From Candidatus Omnitrophota bacterium (GTDB lineage Bacteria; Omnitrophota; Gorgyraeia; Zapsychrales; JAHFFX01): a DNA stretch of 48,223 nt. Of the stretch, positions 27,290-35,792 are shown in pieces. Position numbers and translations under genes: made by a program. How positions within the stretch are numbered: the first letter of the stretch is position 1; every line of letters starts with the position of its first letter. The notes under the pieces were generated by a model. It was given only the letters and a program-made list of their open reading frames with translations, made no database searches and was not told where the DNA came from. The stretch lies in NCBI GenBank assembly GCA_023247705.1, contig JAHFFY010000005.1, forward strand, positions 1-48,223, read 5' to 3'.

Positions 27290-28270
27290 TTAAGATGTTT
27301 CGGAAGAGTACGTTGGTTGTGCCAGAAATTGATGAAGGCGTTTGATGACGAGTTCCAGATCGACCAATTGCATAAGATCCGATTTCAGCTTGGCGACATT
27401 AGGCAAATTGCGTAAGTAGCCTGCGTAGTATTTTCGAAAATTCACCACGCCGCGTAAGGGGCCGTCTTGCTGAACCGAGAGTTTCAGATGTTCGATGCAC
27501 AGTTCGATTTTTTCTTGAATACTTGGCTCGGATAAAAATGTATCGGTTTCTAGATAATGCCGGCTTTGCCGGAAGATCCATGGATTGGCGATCGCTCCGC
27601 GCCCGATCATGACCCCGTCGCAACCGGTTTCAAACATCCTTTTGACGTCTTGAGGCGTACTGATATCTCCGTTACCGATGAGAGGAATCGAGATGACTTT
27701 TTTGATTCTCTCCAGCCATGTCCAATCGGCAAATCCGCGATGGGCCTGTGATCGGGTCCGGCAGTGGACGGTCAGGGCCTTAGCCCCGGCTTGTTCGATC
27801 ATCCGGGCGACGTCTAAAATGACAATGCTGTTTTCGTCCCAACCCAGACGGGTTTTGACTGTGACCGGCAAACGTGTTGCTTGGACTGTTGATTTGACGA
27901 TCGATTCGAAATGGGGAAGATTTTTCAATAAAGCTGCGCCTTCACCGCGGCTCACATGATTTTTGACCCAGCATCCGCAATTGATATCGACGAAATCCGG
28001 TTGGAACCGCTCAGCCACCCGGACCGCGCCTTCCAGAGAAGCTTCGACACCTCCGAACAATTGAATGGCGATCGGACGTTCGGCATCCGTAATCTCGATT
28101 TTTTTCAAAACGCGGGGGATTTCCCGGATGAGTCCTTCGCTGCTGGTAAATTCCGTATAAAGGATGTCCGCGCCCAAGCGTTTGCAGATCAAACGAAACG
28201 GGGTCTCGCTGACATCTTCCATGGGGGCCAGTGCGATGGGTTGATTGATCTTAATGGAACCGATTTGCAT
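27290..28270 (-). CDS. dusB: tRNA-dihydrouridine synthase
   Basis: LAPMEDVSETPFR, DINCGCW, TVHCRTR blocks of the Dus TIM barrel. 326 aa. Confidence 0.85.
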   Translation of the reverse strand: MQIGSIKINQPIALAPMEDVSETPFRLICKRLGADILYTEFTSSEGLIREIPRVLKKIEITDAERPIAIQLFGGVEASLEGAVRVAERFQPDFVDINCGCWVKNHVSRGEGAALLKNLPHFESIVKSTVQATRLPVTVKTRLGWDENSIVILDVARMIEQAGAKALTVHCRTRSQAHRGFADWTWLERIKKVISIPLIGNGDISTPQDVKRMFETGCDGVMIGRGAIANPWIFRQSRHYLETDTFLSEPSIQEKIELCIEHLKLSVQQDGPLRGVVNFRKYYAGYLRNLPNVAKLKSDLMQLVDLELVIKRLHQFLAQPTYSSETS

Positions 28271-28280
28271 AATAAGTAAA

Positions 28281-28362
28281 CCAGTTTGCGAATTTAACGA
28301 GTTCGCGCGTTGGTCGTAGTGGCTTCAACTGGACCACTCGACCACTGGCAAACTCGGAAACT
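28281..28362. repeat. dusB-flanking repeat, upstream copy
   Basis: Contains GCGAATTTAACGAGTT (same unit as 27081-27196), hairpin GGTCGTAGTGG...CCACTCGACC, and AACTCGGAAACTA resembling AACTCGAAAACTA at 27187. Confidence 0.3.
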
Positions 28363-28496
28363 ATTTGAAATCCTGTCATTTTAACCGTAAAACCGTTCAA
28401 TTATACTCTATTTTTGAATTGATGCAAATAGGTTGCATTTTAAGTATCCCTCTGTATACTTTATTGTGTTGAAATTTTATTATAACGATCATACTT

Positions 28497-29771
28497 ATGA
28501 CTAAAATCATGACTGATTTATTGGAACCGGCCATCCGCCGTGCGATAAAAGCGGTGGGGGTTGGAAAGAAGGGAAGCAAATCTTTAGAACAGGCTCTCAT
28601 TGATGAATTGATTCAGGATTTTAGGGAAAACCGTGTCTCTGCGATTGCGAAAGGTGCTTTTCTGGGAGCATTGATGATCAAAGGGATCAATGAACAGGAA
28701 ATGCAGCTGGAAAACGCCTTGGCCCCCGGTATATTTAAAGATGCGCAACGATTGATGGATTTCATTGCTCCGGAAGTTCCAACGGTCATTAAGCAGATTG
28801 GAATTCAATTTTTAAAAGGTCAAACCATCGATCAATCCAACGCCCTGGCGTTGGGACGGTTTTTATTTTCAAGCGTTCCCGGTGATGGAATGAGAGGCCT
28901 AGCAGCCAGTGTCTTACGTGTCCGTTATGAAACCCCGGAAGAATATTCGGGATTGTTATCCAGCATGGAAGAAACGGTGAGCGCCGATTTCCGCGGGACT
29001 GTTCCGGCCGGAGATCCGGTGATCCAACTGGCCGAACCATTTGACGGAGTTGATCAATCCTATTTGATTACGCCGTTGCTTGCTGACTGTATCCAACAGC
29101 ATGGCTATCGGGTGATGAATCTGGTGGGGCGTAACAGCGGCCCAAAGTTCGGCAACACCCTTTTGGATTTAGCGCAGAGTTCAGATAGCCGTTTTATCAA
29201 GAAGACCAGTGACTGCGACAACAACAAACCGCAAGGAGGCTGGTATCTTCATCAGGCTGATCTCTCTTCTTTGATCGATCGTTGGGTTGAAATAAGACGG
29301 GAAATTATCAAACGGCCGTTTCTTTCCACATTAGAAAAATTTTTAAATCCCTTCCAAGCTCAGATGATGATCACCTCGGCGTTTCATCCGCCTTACACAG
29401 AAAAAATGATCACGATCGCGCAGCGGGCCGGTTTTCCCGGTGCGATTGTCGTTCGCAACGGTTTGGAAGGATCGTTGGCCTTTGCTTTGAAACGACCGGT
29501 CAAGATCATGTGTTCCGCCCGGCAAAAAGACGGGACTTATCTGCGGCATGAATTCGAAATTGACGCGGAAAAATATTTAGGAGTCACGATTCCCATCGAA
29601 GAAAAATTAACCAATCCTTCGTTGTCCGACAATCGACGCCTGATCGAAACATTCCGGAAAGCAGGAAAGACAGATTATGATTTGTTTGATTGGCGAGTTC
29701 AGGTCAGTTCAGCGGGATTAATTCAGGCGATTGACTGGGTCAAAGGGCATGGGGGAGGTCAAGAATCATGA
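28497..29771 (+). CDS. divergent TrpD/YbiB-like (glycosyl transferase family 3 fold) protein
   Basis: N-terminal helical bundle pattern (AIAKGAFLGALMIKGINEQE). The core FDGVDQSYLITPLLADCIQQHGYRVMNLVGRNSGPKFGNTLLDL is colinear with GTGGD...KHGNR...ADvLE of TrpD, but the motifs are substituted. Confidence 0.35.
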   Translation: MTKIMTDLLEPAIRRAIKAVGVGKKGSKSLEQALIDELIQDFRENRVSAIAKGAFLGALMIKGINEQEMQLENALAPGIFKDAQRLMDFIAPEVPTVIKQIGIQFLKGQTIDQSNALALGRFLFSSVPGDGMRGLAASVLRVRYETPEEYSGLLSSMEETVSADFRGTVPAGDPVIQLAEPFDGVDQSYLITPLLADCIQQHGYRVMNLVGRNSGPKFGNTLLDLAQSSDSRFIKKTSDCDNNKPQGGWYLHQADLSSLIDRWVEIRREIIKRPFLSTLEKFLNPFQAQMMITSAFHPPYTEKMITIAQRAGFPGAIVVRNGLEGSLAFALKRPVKIMCSARQKDGTYLRHEFEIDAEKYLGVTIPIEEKLTNPSLSDNRRLIETFRKAGKTDYDLFDWRVQVSSAGLIQAIDWVKGHGGGQES

Positions 29772-30130
29772 TCTGGGTGAAATTGGGAAGTCTCTTTATG
29801 TTTTTCGCCGTTACCTTGGGAGCCTTCGGTGCCCATGCGATGAAAACGAAATTAACGCCTTATGCGCTGGATGTTTATAAAACAGCTGTGTTGTATCATT
29901 TGATTCACGCGATGGGATTATTCATCGTCGGTTGGCTGAGTACAATTTCGGTTGATCCGAAAATCGGATTGGCGGGTGGTTTTTTTACAATCGGGGTTGT
30001 TCTTTTTTCCGGAAGTTTGTATCTGTTGTCCATAACCGGATGTCAATGGTTGGGCGCGATACCTCCGTTAGGAGGGTTGTCTTTTCTTCTGGGCTGGCTC
30101 TTTATTTTTTTTGTGCAAATGGGTCAATAG
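29768..30130 (+). CDS. DUF423 (YgdD/TMEM256) family membrane protein
   Basis: 120 aa, four TM segments, LGAFGAHAMK and YHLIHAMG motifs. ATGA overlap with the upstream gene. Confidence 0.7.
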   Translation: MIWVKLGSLFMFFAVTLGAFGAHAMKTKLTPYALDVYKTAVLYHLIHAMGLFIVGWLSTISVDPKIGLAGGFFTIGVVLFSGSLYLLSITGCQWLGAIPPLGGLSFLLGWLFIFFVQMGQ

Positions 30131-30152
30131 CAAGAAAGGAAATATCAGTATT

Positions 30153-30884
30153 ATGCATCAACGGCCTTTAGGGATTGTTATTATCGGGATTATTTTTATC
30201 CTGAACGGTTTGACCTATCTGGATAATATCATCGATAGCGTCGCTGCGATCAATTGGGAAGAGCTTCAGTCCAAAGAAATCCGCGCCTACGAAACCACCG
30301 TAGTGGCGGCCGAGTTGAAAGGACAGGGCGTCTACAAAAATAGATATACCCCGGCCTTCCACGATCCGATCAATCAAACCAATCTGGCCAGAATCATTGA
30401 ATCCGGGAAGAAGAAGGTCCTGAAAAACATCGAAGATTACCGTAATCTCAACACAGAATATTTTCTGGTCAGCCATCCGGCGAGGTTGTTCGTCTTTTCC
30501 TTCATTGCGATGTGGCTGTTGATTGTCGGCGCGGGGCTATTGATTTTTTTCCCTTGGGCGCATTGGTTTGTGTTTTTTGGAATGATCTTTAATTATTGCT
30601 GGCAGACCTATCTTTTTATTTACGATAAGAAAGTCGACGGGCTGTTTTTTCAAACCCAGAATTATATTAACAGCCTGTTGGAAATCCCCCATGTCCCCCG
30701 GGTCGATTGGCGTAATGATCCGAGAACATGGATCCATCTATTGCACACGTTTTTGTTTGCCGGGATGTTTTTTTACTATGTCTTTAGAATCGCCAAAGAT
30801 CTTTATCGAAGAAAACGTCAGAAGGATTTTATGAATTTTTTGAACAACTCCAAGATCCCTGCGGATCCTAAATCATTGTCGTAA
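30153..30884 (+). CDS. hypothetical polytopic membrane protein
   Basis: Several hydrophobic segments. ATG at 30153 with AAAGGA 12 nt upstream. No family recognised. Confidence 0.4.
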   Translation: MHQRPLGIVIIGIIFILNGLTYLDNIIDSVAAINWEELQSKEIRAYETTVVAAELKGQGVYKNRYTPAFHDPINQTNLARIIESGKKKVLKNIEDYRNLNTEYFLVSHPARLFVFSFIAMWLLIVGAGLLIFFPWAHWFVFFGMIFNYCWQTYLFIYDKKVDGLFFQTQNYINSLLEIPHVPRVDWRNDPRTWIHLLHTFLFAGMFFYYVFRIAKDLYRRKRQKDFMNFLNNSKIPADPKSLS

Positions 30885-30886
30885 CA

Positions 30887-32197
30887 ATGTCCCATCTCAA
30901 TGATCCAAGAACAACCGTTTCTTTTTATACGCTCGGTTGCCGTTTGAACCAAAGTGAATCGGCGGTCATTCGGAATACCTTTGAAGCGCAAGGGTATCGG
31001 GTTGTTGATTTCCTTCAACCGGCGGACATTTCAATTATCAATACGTGCACGGTGACCGAACATGGAGACGCGGACACCCGTCACTTGATCAACAAAGTGA
31101 CTCGGATCAATCCGAATGTCCGGATTGCTTTAGTCGGCTGTCAGGCCCAGATCCAAAAAGAAAAATTATCAGAACTTCCCAATGTCACCTGGATTGTCGG
31201 TAATGCCCGCAAGATGGAAATGGTTTTTATTATCAATGACCATCCGGAAAATGAAACGAAAGTCCAGGTCATTACTCCGGCGATACCGCGCGATCATTTT
31301 ACCATCCCTATCACCGGGTTTGACCGTGAGCATACGCGGGGTAATCTTAAAATTCAGGACGGATGCGATTTTTTCTGTTCGTTTTGTGAAATTCCTTATG
31401 CGCGCGGACGGGCGAGAAGCCGTGAATTTGAAGACATCCTCATGGAGGCGAGGGCTTTGGCCGCGGCGGGACACAAAGAACTGGTCTTGACCGGAATCAA
31501 TATTGGGACTTATCAACATGAAGGGAAAAAATTACTGCAGGTCATCGAGGCATTGGAATCCATTCCAGAACTGGAACGCATCCGGATCTCATCGATCGAA
31601 CCAACGACGATTCCCGAGGAGATTTTCCAAAGAATGGGCCACGATTCGAAATTATGCCGCTATCTGCATATCCCGATTCAAAGCGGGCATGATAAGATCC
31701 TAGAGCAGATGCGACGAAAGTACACGGTTGGAGAATTCAGTCAGTTTATCGATCGTGTTTACCAAAACGTCCGGGGGATTTGTTTGGGAACGGATGTGAT
31801 CGTCGGTTTTCCAGGAGAGACTGAACATCATTTTGAACAAACTTACACGCTGTTGCGGGATTTGCCGTTTGCCTATTTTCACGTCTTTAGTTATTCCCAG
31901 CGTCATGTGGCGCAAAGCCGGAAGCTGACCAATCCCGTTGATCGGGCTGTCATTCAGAAACGCAGTCGAATTTTACGTGATTTGAGTGTGCGCAAAAGAC
32001 AGGTTTTTCTCAAAAATTTAATCGGGTCAGCCCAGAACGTTTTGTTTGAACAAAAAAAGGATGGGTTCTGGAATGGCTTGACGGATAATTATGCGCGGGT
32101 AAAGGTAAAAACGGAACATGATTTGCAGAATCAAATGAGGTTGATGCGGATGCAAGGCTTGGATGGACCGATGTTAGTAGGCGAGATGATAAGTTAA
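30887..32197 (+). CDS. mtaB: tRNA t6A37 methylthiotransferase MtaB (radical SAM)
   Basis: MTTase N-domain (SFYTLGCRLNQSES), radical SAM GCDFFCSFCEIPYARG, C-terminal TRAM-like region. 436 aa. Confidence 0.85.
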   Translation: MSHLNDPRTTVSFYTLGCRLNQSESAVIRNTFEAQGYRVVDFLQPADISIINTCTVTEHGDADTRHLINKVTRINPNVRIALVGCQAQIQKEKLSELPNVTWIVGNARKMEMVFIINDHPENETKVQVITPAIPRDHFTIPITGFDREHTRGNLKIQDGCDFFCSFCEIPYARGRARSREFEDILMEARALAAAGHKELVLTGINIGTYQHEGKKLLQVIEALESIPELERIRISSIEPTTIPEEIFQRMGHDSKLCRYLHIPIQSGHDKILEQMRRKYTVGEFSQFIDRVYQNVRGICLGTDVIVGFPGETEHHFEQTYTLLRDLPFAYFHVFSYSQRHVAQSRKLTNPVDRAVIQKRSRILRDLSVRKRQVFLKNLIGSAQNVLFEQKKDGFWNGLTDNYARVKVKTEHDLQNQMRLMRMQGLDGPMLVGEMIS

Positions 32198-33642
32198 TGG
32201 ATGATTCCAGAATCAACAAGCAGACATTGATTGATAATCTGATGGACGCTCTGCAGCAGATTGGGTATCGGGATACGGAGAGATTGGAAAAATTCAAGGA
32301 GCATGCGGACGCGATCATCAAGAATTTTAACGGCGACACCAGCAATTATCGTTTTAGTTTGAAAATGACCAGGTTCGCCCCTTGGTCCGCGCATGTCGAT
32401 GAAGATGAATATATAAAGAGCTGGAACACCGGAAAAGTCATTACATTTAATATCCTCAAGGCCATTAATGAGGATGAGAAGATCACATACAAGGGCAATC
32501 ATCCCGATGTGATTGAAGAAGAGAATCCCGAACCAACGCCAGTCCCTTCATCTGAACCGTTACCGCAAACGCCTGTCCCGTTATCCTCTGAATCCGTGAT
32601 GCAAACGTCTGATGTTTCTCTTCCTTTGCCACCGGAGGAGATGGTTGAATCCAATGCAAGTGATTTCAAACAAACGGAAGGTCCACTGGAGGATGCTCAT
32701 TTCATGAGCGAAGATATCAGGGAGGAAGAAAAAATGACATCGGCCCCTTCCCTGATCGACGTGAAAAAAACGATCCCAACGGGAATCCGTGTATTTATCA
32801 ATTCATTAGTGAACAAATTAAAATCTATTTTGACTAAAAAGTTGTGGAAATCCGAAGCAATCTTACCCGTATCGAATGATGTGGACCAAATTCAATGTCC
32901 ATCAACTCTTGAGGAAAAATTTCTTCAAACAGAGGCCCAGATTCCGGCGTTAAGCGAGTCGCTTCAAGTGGAAGCCCGACTGCCACCGCAGGAAACACAT
33001 CCACCGGAGACACCCAATGCCGATGTGCCTGCGCTGGAATCATCCGCCAATCCGGCTCCGATGGAAGTTTCAGCGGAAACGAAACCAAAAGAACCCGAAC
33101 AAACCTTGCCGCAAGATCAATCGAACCAAGTTCCCGCCGCAGCCAGCCCTGAACCGAATTGTTCGCCACCGGCAAAACAGTCCAATCGTATTTTAATTGT
33201 CAATGGGAGTGATATGTCGATGAATGAAAAGGTTTTGGTTCTTTTAAGGAAATTAGGCTTTGAAGGGATTCTCTCCTACAGCGAAGAAAATTATTCCAAG
33301 ACCGTGGCCACCAAAATGCTCGAGTTCAAGGACATTGCCTTTGTCGTGGTTTTGCTTACTTATGATGGATATTTTTACCTGAAAGAACAGAAAGTCAGTC
33401 AGGCGAAATTGATTTCGAATTATAAAGTAATTTTCGAGATGGGGTATTTGATTGGTAAAATAGGACGTAATAAAGTTTTTGTGCTTTATCCGGAAAAAAA
33501 GAATTTTGAATTGCCATCACTCTTCTTTGATGCTTATTATATTCCGTACGATAAAAGCCGGGCTTGGGAGAAAGAATTGATTAAGGCTTTTACGGATCAA
33601 GGTTTTCCGACGAATGACATCAACACATTTCAAAAGAAATAA
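32197..33642 (+). CDS. protein with helical N-domain, long P/E/S-rich linker and C-terminal CAP12/Pycsar-type TIR-like domain
   Basis: C-terminal 152 aa (33184-33639) carry FVVVLLTYDG, VIFEMGYLIGKIGRNKVFVLY and ELPS..FDAYYIPYD blocks of the bacterial TIR-like (COG4271-type) family, recalled from memory. TAATG overlap with mtaB. Confidence 0.6.
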   Translation: MDDSRINKQTLIDNLMDALQQIGYRDTERLEKFKEHADAIIKNFNGDTSNYRFSLKMTRFAPWSAHVDEDEYIKSWNTGKVITFNILKAINEDEKITYKGNHPDVIEEENPEPTPVPSSEPLPQTPVPLSSESVMQTSDVSLPLPPEEMVESNASDFKQTEGPLEDAHFMSEDIREEEKMTSAPSLIDVKKTIPTGIRVFINSLVNKLKSILTKKLWKSEAILPVSNDVDQIQCPSTLEEKFLQTEAQIPALSESLQVEARLPPQETHPPETPNADVPALESSANPAPMEVSAETKPKEPEQTLPQDQSNQVPAAASPEPNCSPPAKQSNRILIVNGSDMSMNEKVLVLLRKLGFEGILSYSEENYSKTVATKMLEFKDIAFVVVLLTYDGYFYLKEQKVSQAKLISNYKVIFEMGYLIGKIGRNKVFVLYPEKKNFELPSLFFDAYYIPYDKSRAWEKELIKAFTDQGFPTNDINTFQKK

Positions 33643-33668
33643 TCGAGAGGATTTTTAAAGGAGGGATT

Positions 33669-34196
33669 ATGGAAGAACTCGTTTCGGAATCGTCCGTCCC
33701 ATCGGATGTTAAGGCTTATTTCGAATATAATTTTGACGAGTATATCGATGCGTATCATTTGCATTATTCCCAACTGAAACGGTTGAAAATCAATATTCTC
33801 ATCGCCGTCATCCTGCTTTTTTTAGGTTTGGCTTTATGCGTTTTTCTCGGCTATTCGTTTCTTAAGTCCATTCCGATCTACGCGTCGGTCATTTTGGTCG
33901 CGGTTCTCTTGAGCGAATATTTCTTTGCCCCGACGAAAAATTTTAACCACGACCCGCGTTTAAAGAAAGAGCATACGTTAGTTTTTAGTGATGAGAAAAT
34001 TTTATTTACGGTTAATAACATGACGGTTGCGATCAAGTGGAAACAGTATCAGAAATATATTGAGAATCAAGATTTTTATCTGTTATATTATGCTCCGGAA
34101 ACATTTTTGATTATTCCTAAGCGGGCTTTGACTCCGGAGGGGAGTGAACAGCTGAGGGCGATATTAATCTCCAAATTTGGTGCTCAGAGGTGCTGA
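33669..34196 (+). CDS. YcxB-like two-TM membrane protein
   Basis: Two adjacent TM helices (INILIAVILLFLGLALCVFLG, IPIYASVILVAVLLSEYFF). Then a C-terminal domain with IKWKQYQKYIENQDFYLLYY....LIIPKRAL typical of YcxB-like domains. Confidence 0.5.
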   Translation: MEELVSESSVPSDVKAYFEYNFDEYIDAYHLHYSQLKRLKINILIAVILLFLGLALCVFLGYSFLKSIPIYASVILVAVLLSEYFFAPTKNFNHDPRLKKEHTLVFSDEKILFTVNNMTVAIKWKQYQKYIENQDFYLLYYAPETFLIIPKRALTPEGSEQLRAILISKFGAQRC

Positions 34197-34281
34197 AGAT
34201 GATTGGGCGGATTTTTCCATTTCAGGATTCCGTGGACGAATTCAGGGGCGATTGAATCACTTTTGAAATTTAAACAACAAA

Positions 34282-35154
34282 ATGGAAGAACATTTACCTC
34301 CCAAACCATTGAACCCAAAACGCAAGGATCCGTTGGATAATTTTTTTTTGGAGTTAGAATTATCTCCCGAGGCCGATACGATCCATATGGCCGAGCATGA
34401 GATCCCGGATTGGCCACCCCAAAAGTTTATTGATCCCCAGGAGGATCCTGCACATCTTCACGGTCAGTTGCCGCCAGCCAGAAATCAAGATTTGGTCAAG
34501 TCTCTGGAAGAAAAAGAAGAGCAACAAACCACGATCGATCAGTTGGCTGTCATTATTGAAGGAATCAAGAAGAAACGCATTTCGGCCACGAATGCTTCCG
34601 AGATTTCTCATTTGCCCGGGAGGGAAGACTTACCGGACCAGAAAGTGACAGAATCCGCTTTTTCCTCCGATATTCCTCAAGACCTCAAAGATGACCGGGA
34701 GCTTATTAAATTAGCGCAATCGATTTATCTTTCTTGTGGCCAGAATCAATCGATCAAAGCGGACGTTGTTTCTCTGATCAAGAAATTAGGTCTGACCATG
34801 ATCCCGAAACAAGAAGGGGTGTCCATCATGAAACAGTTTGAAGAAGTTCCTGATCTGCGTTTTGCCGTGGTGGTCCTTTCAGGGGATGATTTTGTTTATT
34901 CCAAAGATCAAATGGTGCCGGAAATAAAATTGCGTCCGGCGCAGCATGTTGTTTTGGAGCTGGGCTTTTTATTAGGTAAATTAGGGCGACAGGGTGTATT
35001 TGTTTTATATCAAGAATTAAAAAATTTTGAATTTCCGACAAATTTTTTTGATATCCTGTATACGCCTTATACAAAAATGGGTTCATGGCAGTTTGAATTG
35101 CTCCGTCAGATGAAAAGCGTCGGGTTTGATTTTGACGCGAATAAGCTTCTTTGA
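34282..35154 (+). CDS. second CAP12/Pycsar-type TIR-like domain protein (paralog of 32197-33642)
   Basis: C-terminal 144 aa (34720-35151): FAVVVLSGDD, VVLELGFLLGKLGRQGVFVLY, EFPTNFFDILYTPY. The N-terminal half is acidic and low complexity. Confidence 0.6.
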   Translation: MEEHLPPKPLNPKRKDPLDNFFLELELSPEADTIHMAEHEIPDWPPQKFIDPQEDPAHLHGQLPPARNQDLVKSLEEKEEQQTTIDQLAVIIEGIKKKRISATNASEISHLPGREDLPDQKVTESAFSSDIPQDLKDDRELIKLAQSIYLSCGQNQSIKADVVSLIKKLGLTMIPKQEGVSIMKQFEEVPDLRFAVVVLSGDDFVYSKDQMVPEIKLRPAQHVVLELGFLLGKLGRQGVFVLYQELKNFEFPTNFFDILYTPYTKMGSWQFELLRQMKSVGFDFDANKLL

Positions 35155-35223
35155 TCGGGACAGCGCAGGATGCGTTGAAAGTTTGGCTAAATCCGTCCTT
35201 CAGAAAAATCGAGTTGGTCATTG

Positions 35224-35748
35224 ATGAGAATGATTTCTTTGCTATGGGTTTGTGTGTTGACGTTCGGGTTCAGTTTTTCGATGCCCGGGGATGGAACTGT
35301 TTTTGCAGCGGACAAAATGTCTTTGAATCTTTGTTCTGACCAGAAACTGGGGATCAAGATCCTTTGCAATCCTGATTGGCAGCTGGTGACGAAGCAACAT
35401 AATTTTACGATGATCATCGAAGAAGATGCCCAGGAAAGTGTGTCCGTAACGATCGCGAAATCAGATCAAAAGGCGGGACGTCTCTCCGAGCTTAACCGCT
35501 CGGTATTGCAATTTTTAGGAGGATATGAAGATTTCTTTAAAGTTGAATCTTTTAAATTTGGTTCCAGGGATGCCTTGAAAGTCGAGGGAGGGCTTAAGGA
35601 ATCCCCCGACACTCAATCACTTGATTATTATCTTATTCATGATGGATATCTTTACATGGTTCTTTTTTCCTGTCATCCCAAAAAGCATTTTGTAAATTAT
35701 AAAAAAATGTTTGAGGAAATGATTGCCAGCTTTGAATTTATTGAATGA
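35224..35748 (+). CDS. hypothetical secreted protein
   Basis: Signal-peptide-like MRMISLLWVCVLTFGFSFS...FAA. No family recognised. ATG at 35224 preferred over TTG at 35221. Confidence 0.4.
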   Translation: MRMISLLWVCVLTFGFSFSMPGDGTVFAADKMSLNLCSDQKLGIKILCNPDWQLVTKQHNFTMIIEEDAQESVSVTIAKSDQKAGRLSELNRSVLQFLGGYEDFFKVESFKFGSRDALKVEGGLKESPDTQSLDYYLIHDGYLYMVLFSCHPKKHFVNYKKMFEEMIASFEFIE

Positions 35749-35792
35749 TATTTCATCATAGAAATTTTTTTGAGTGGTTAAAGGTAACATCA

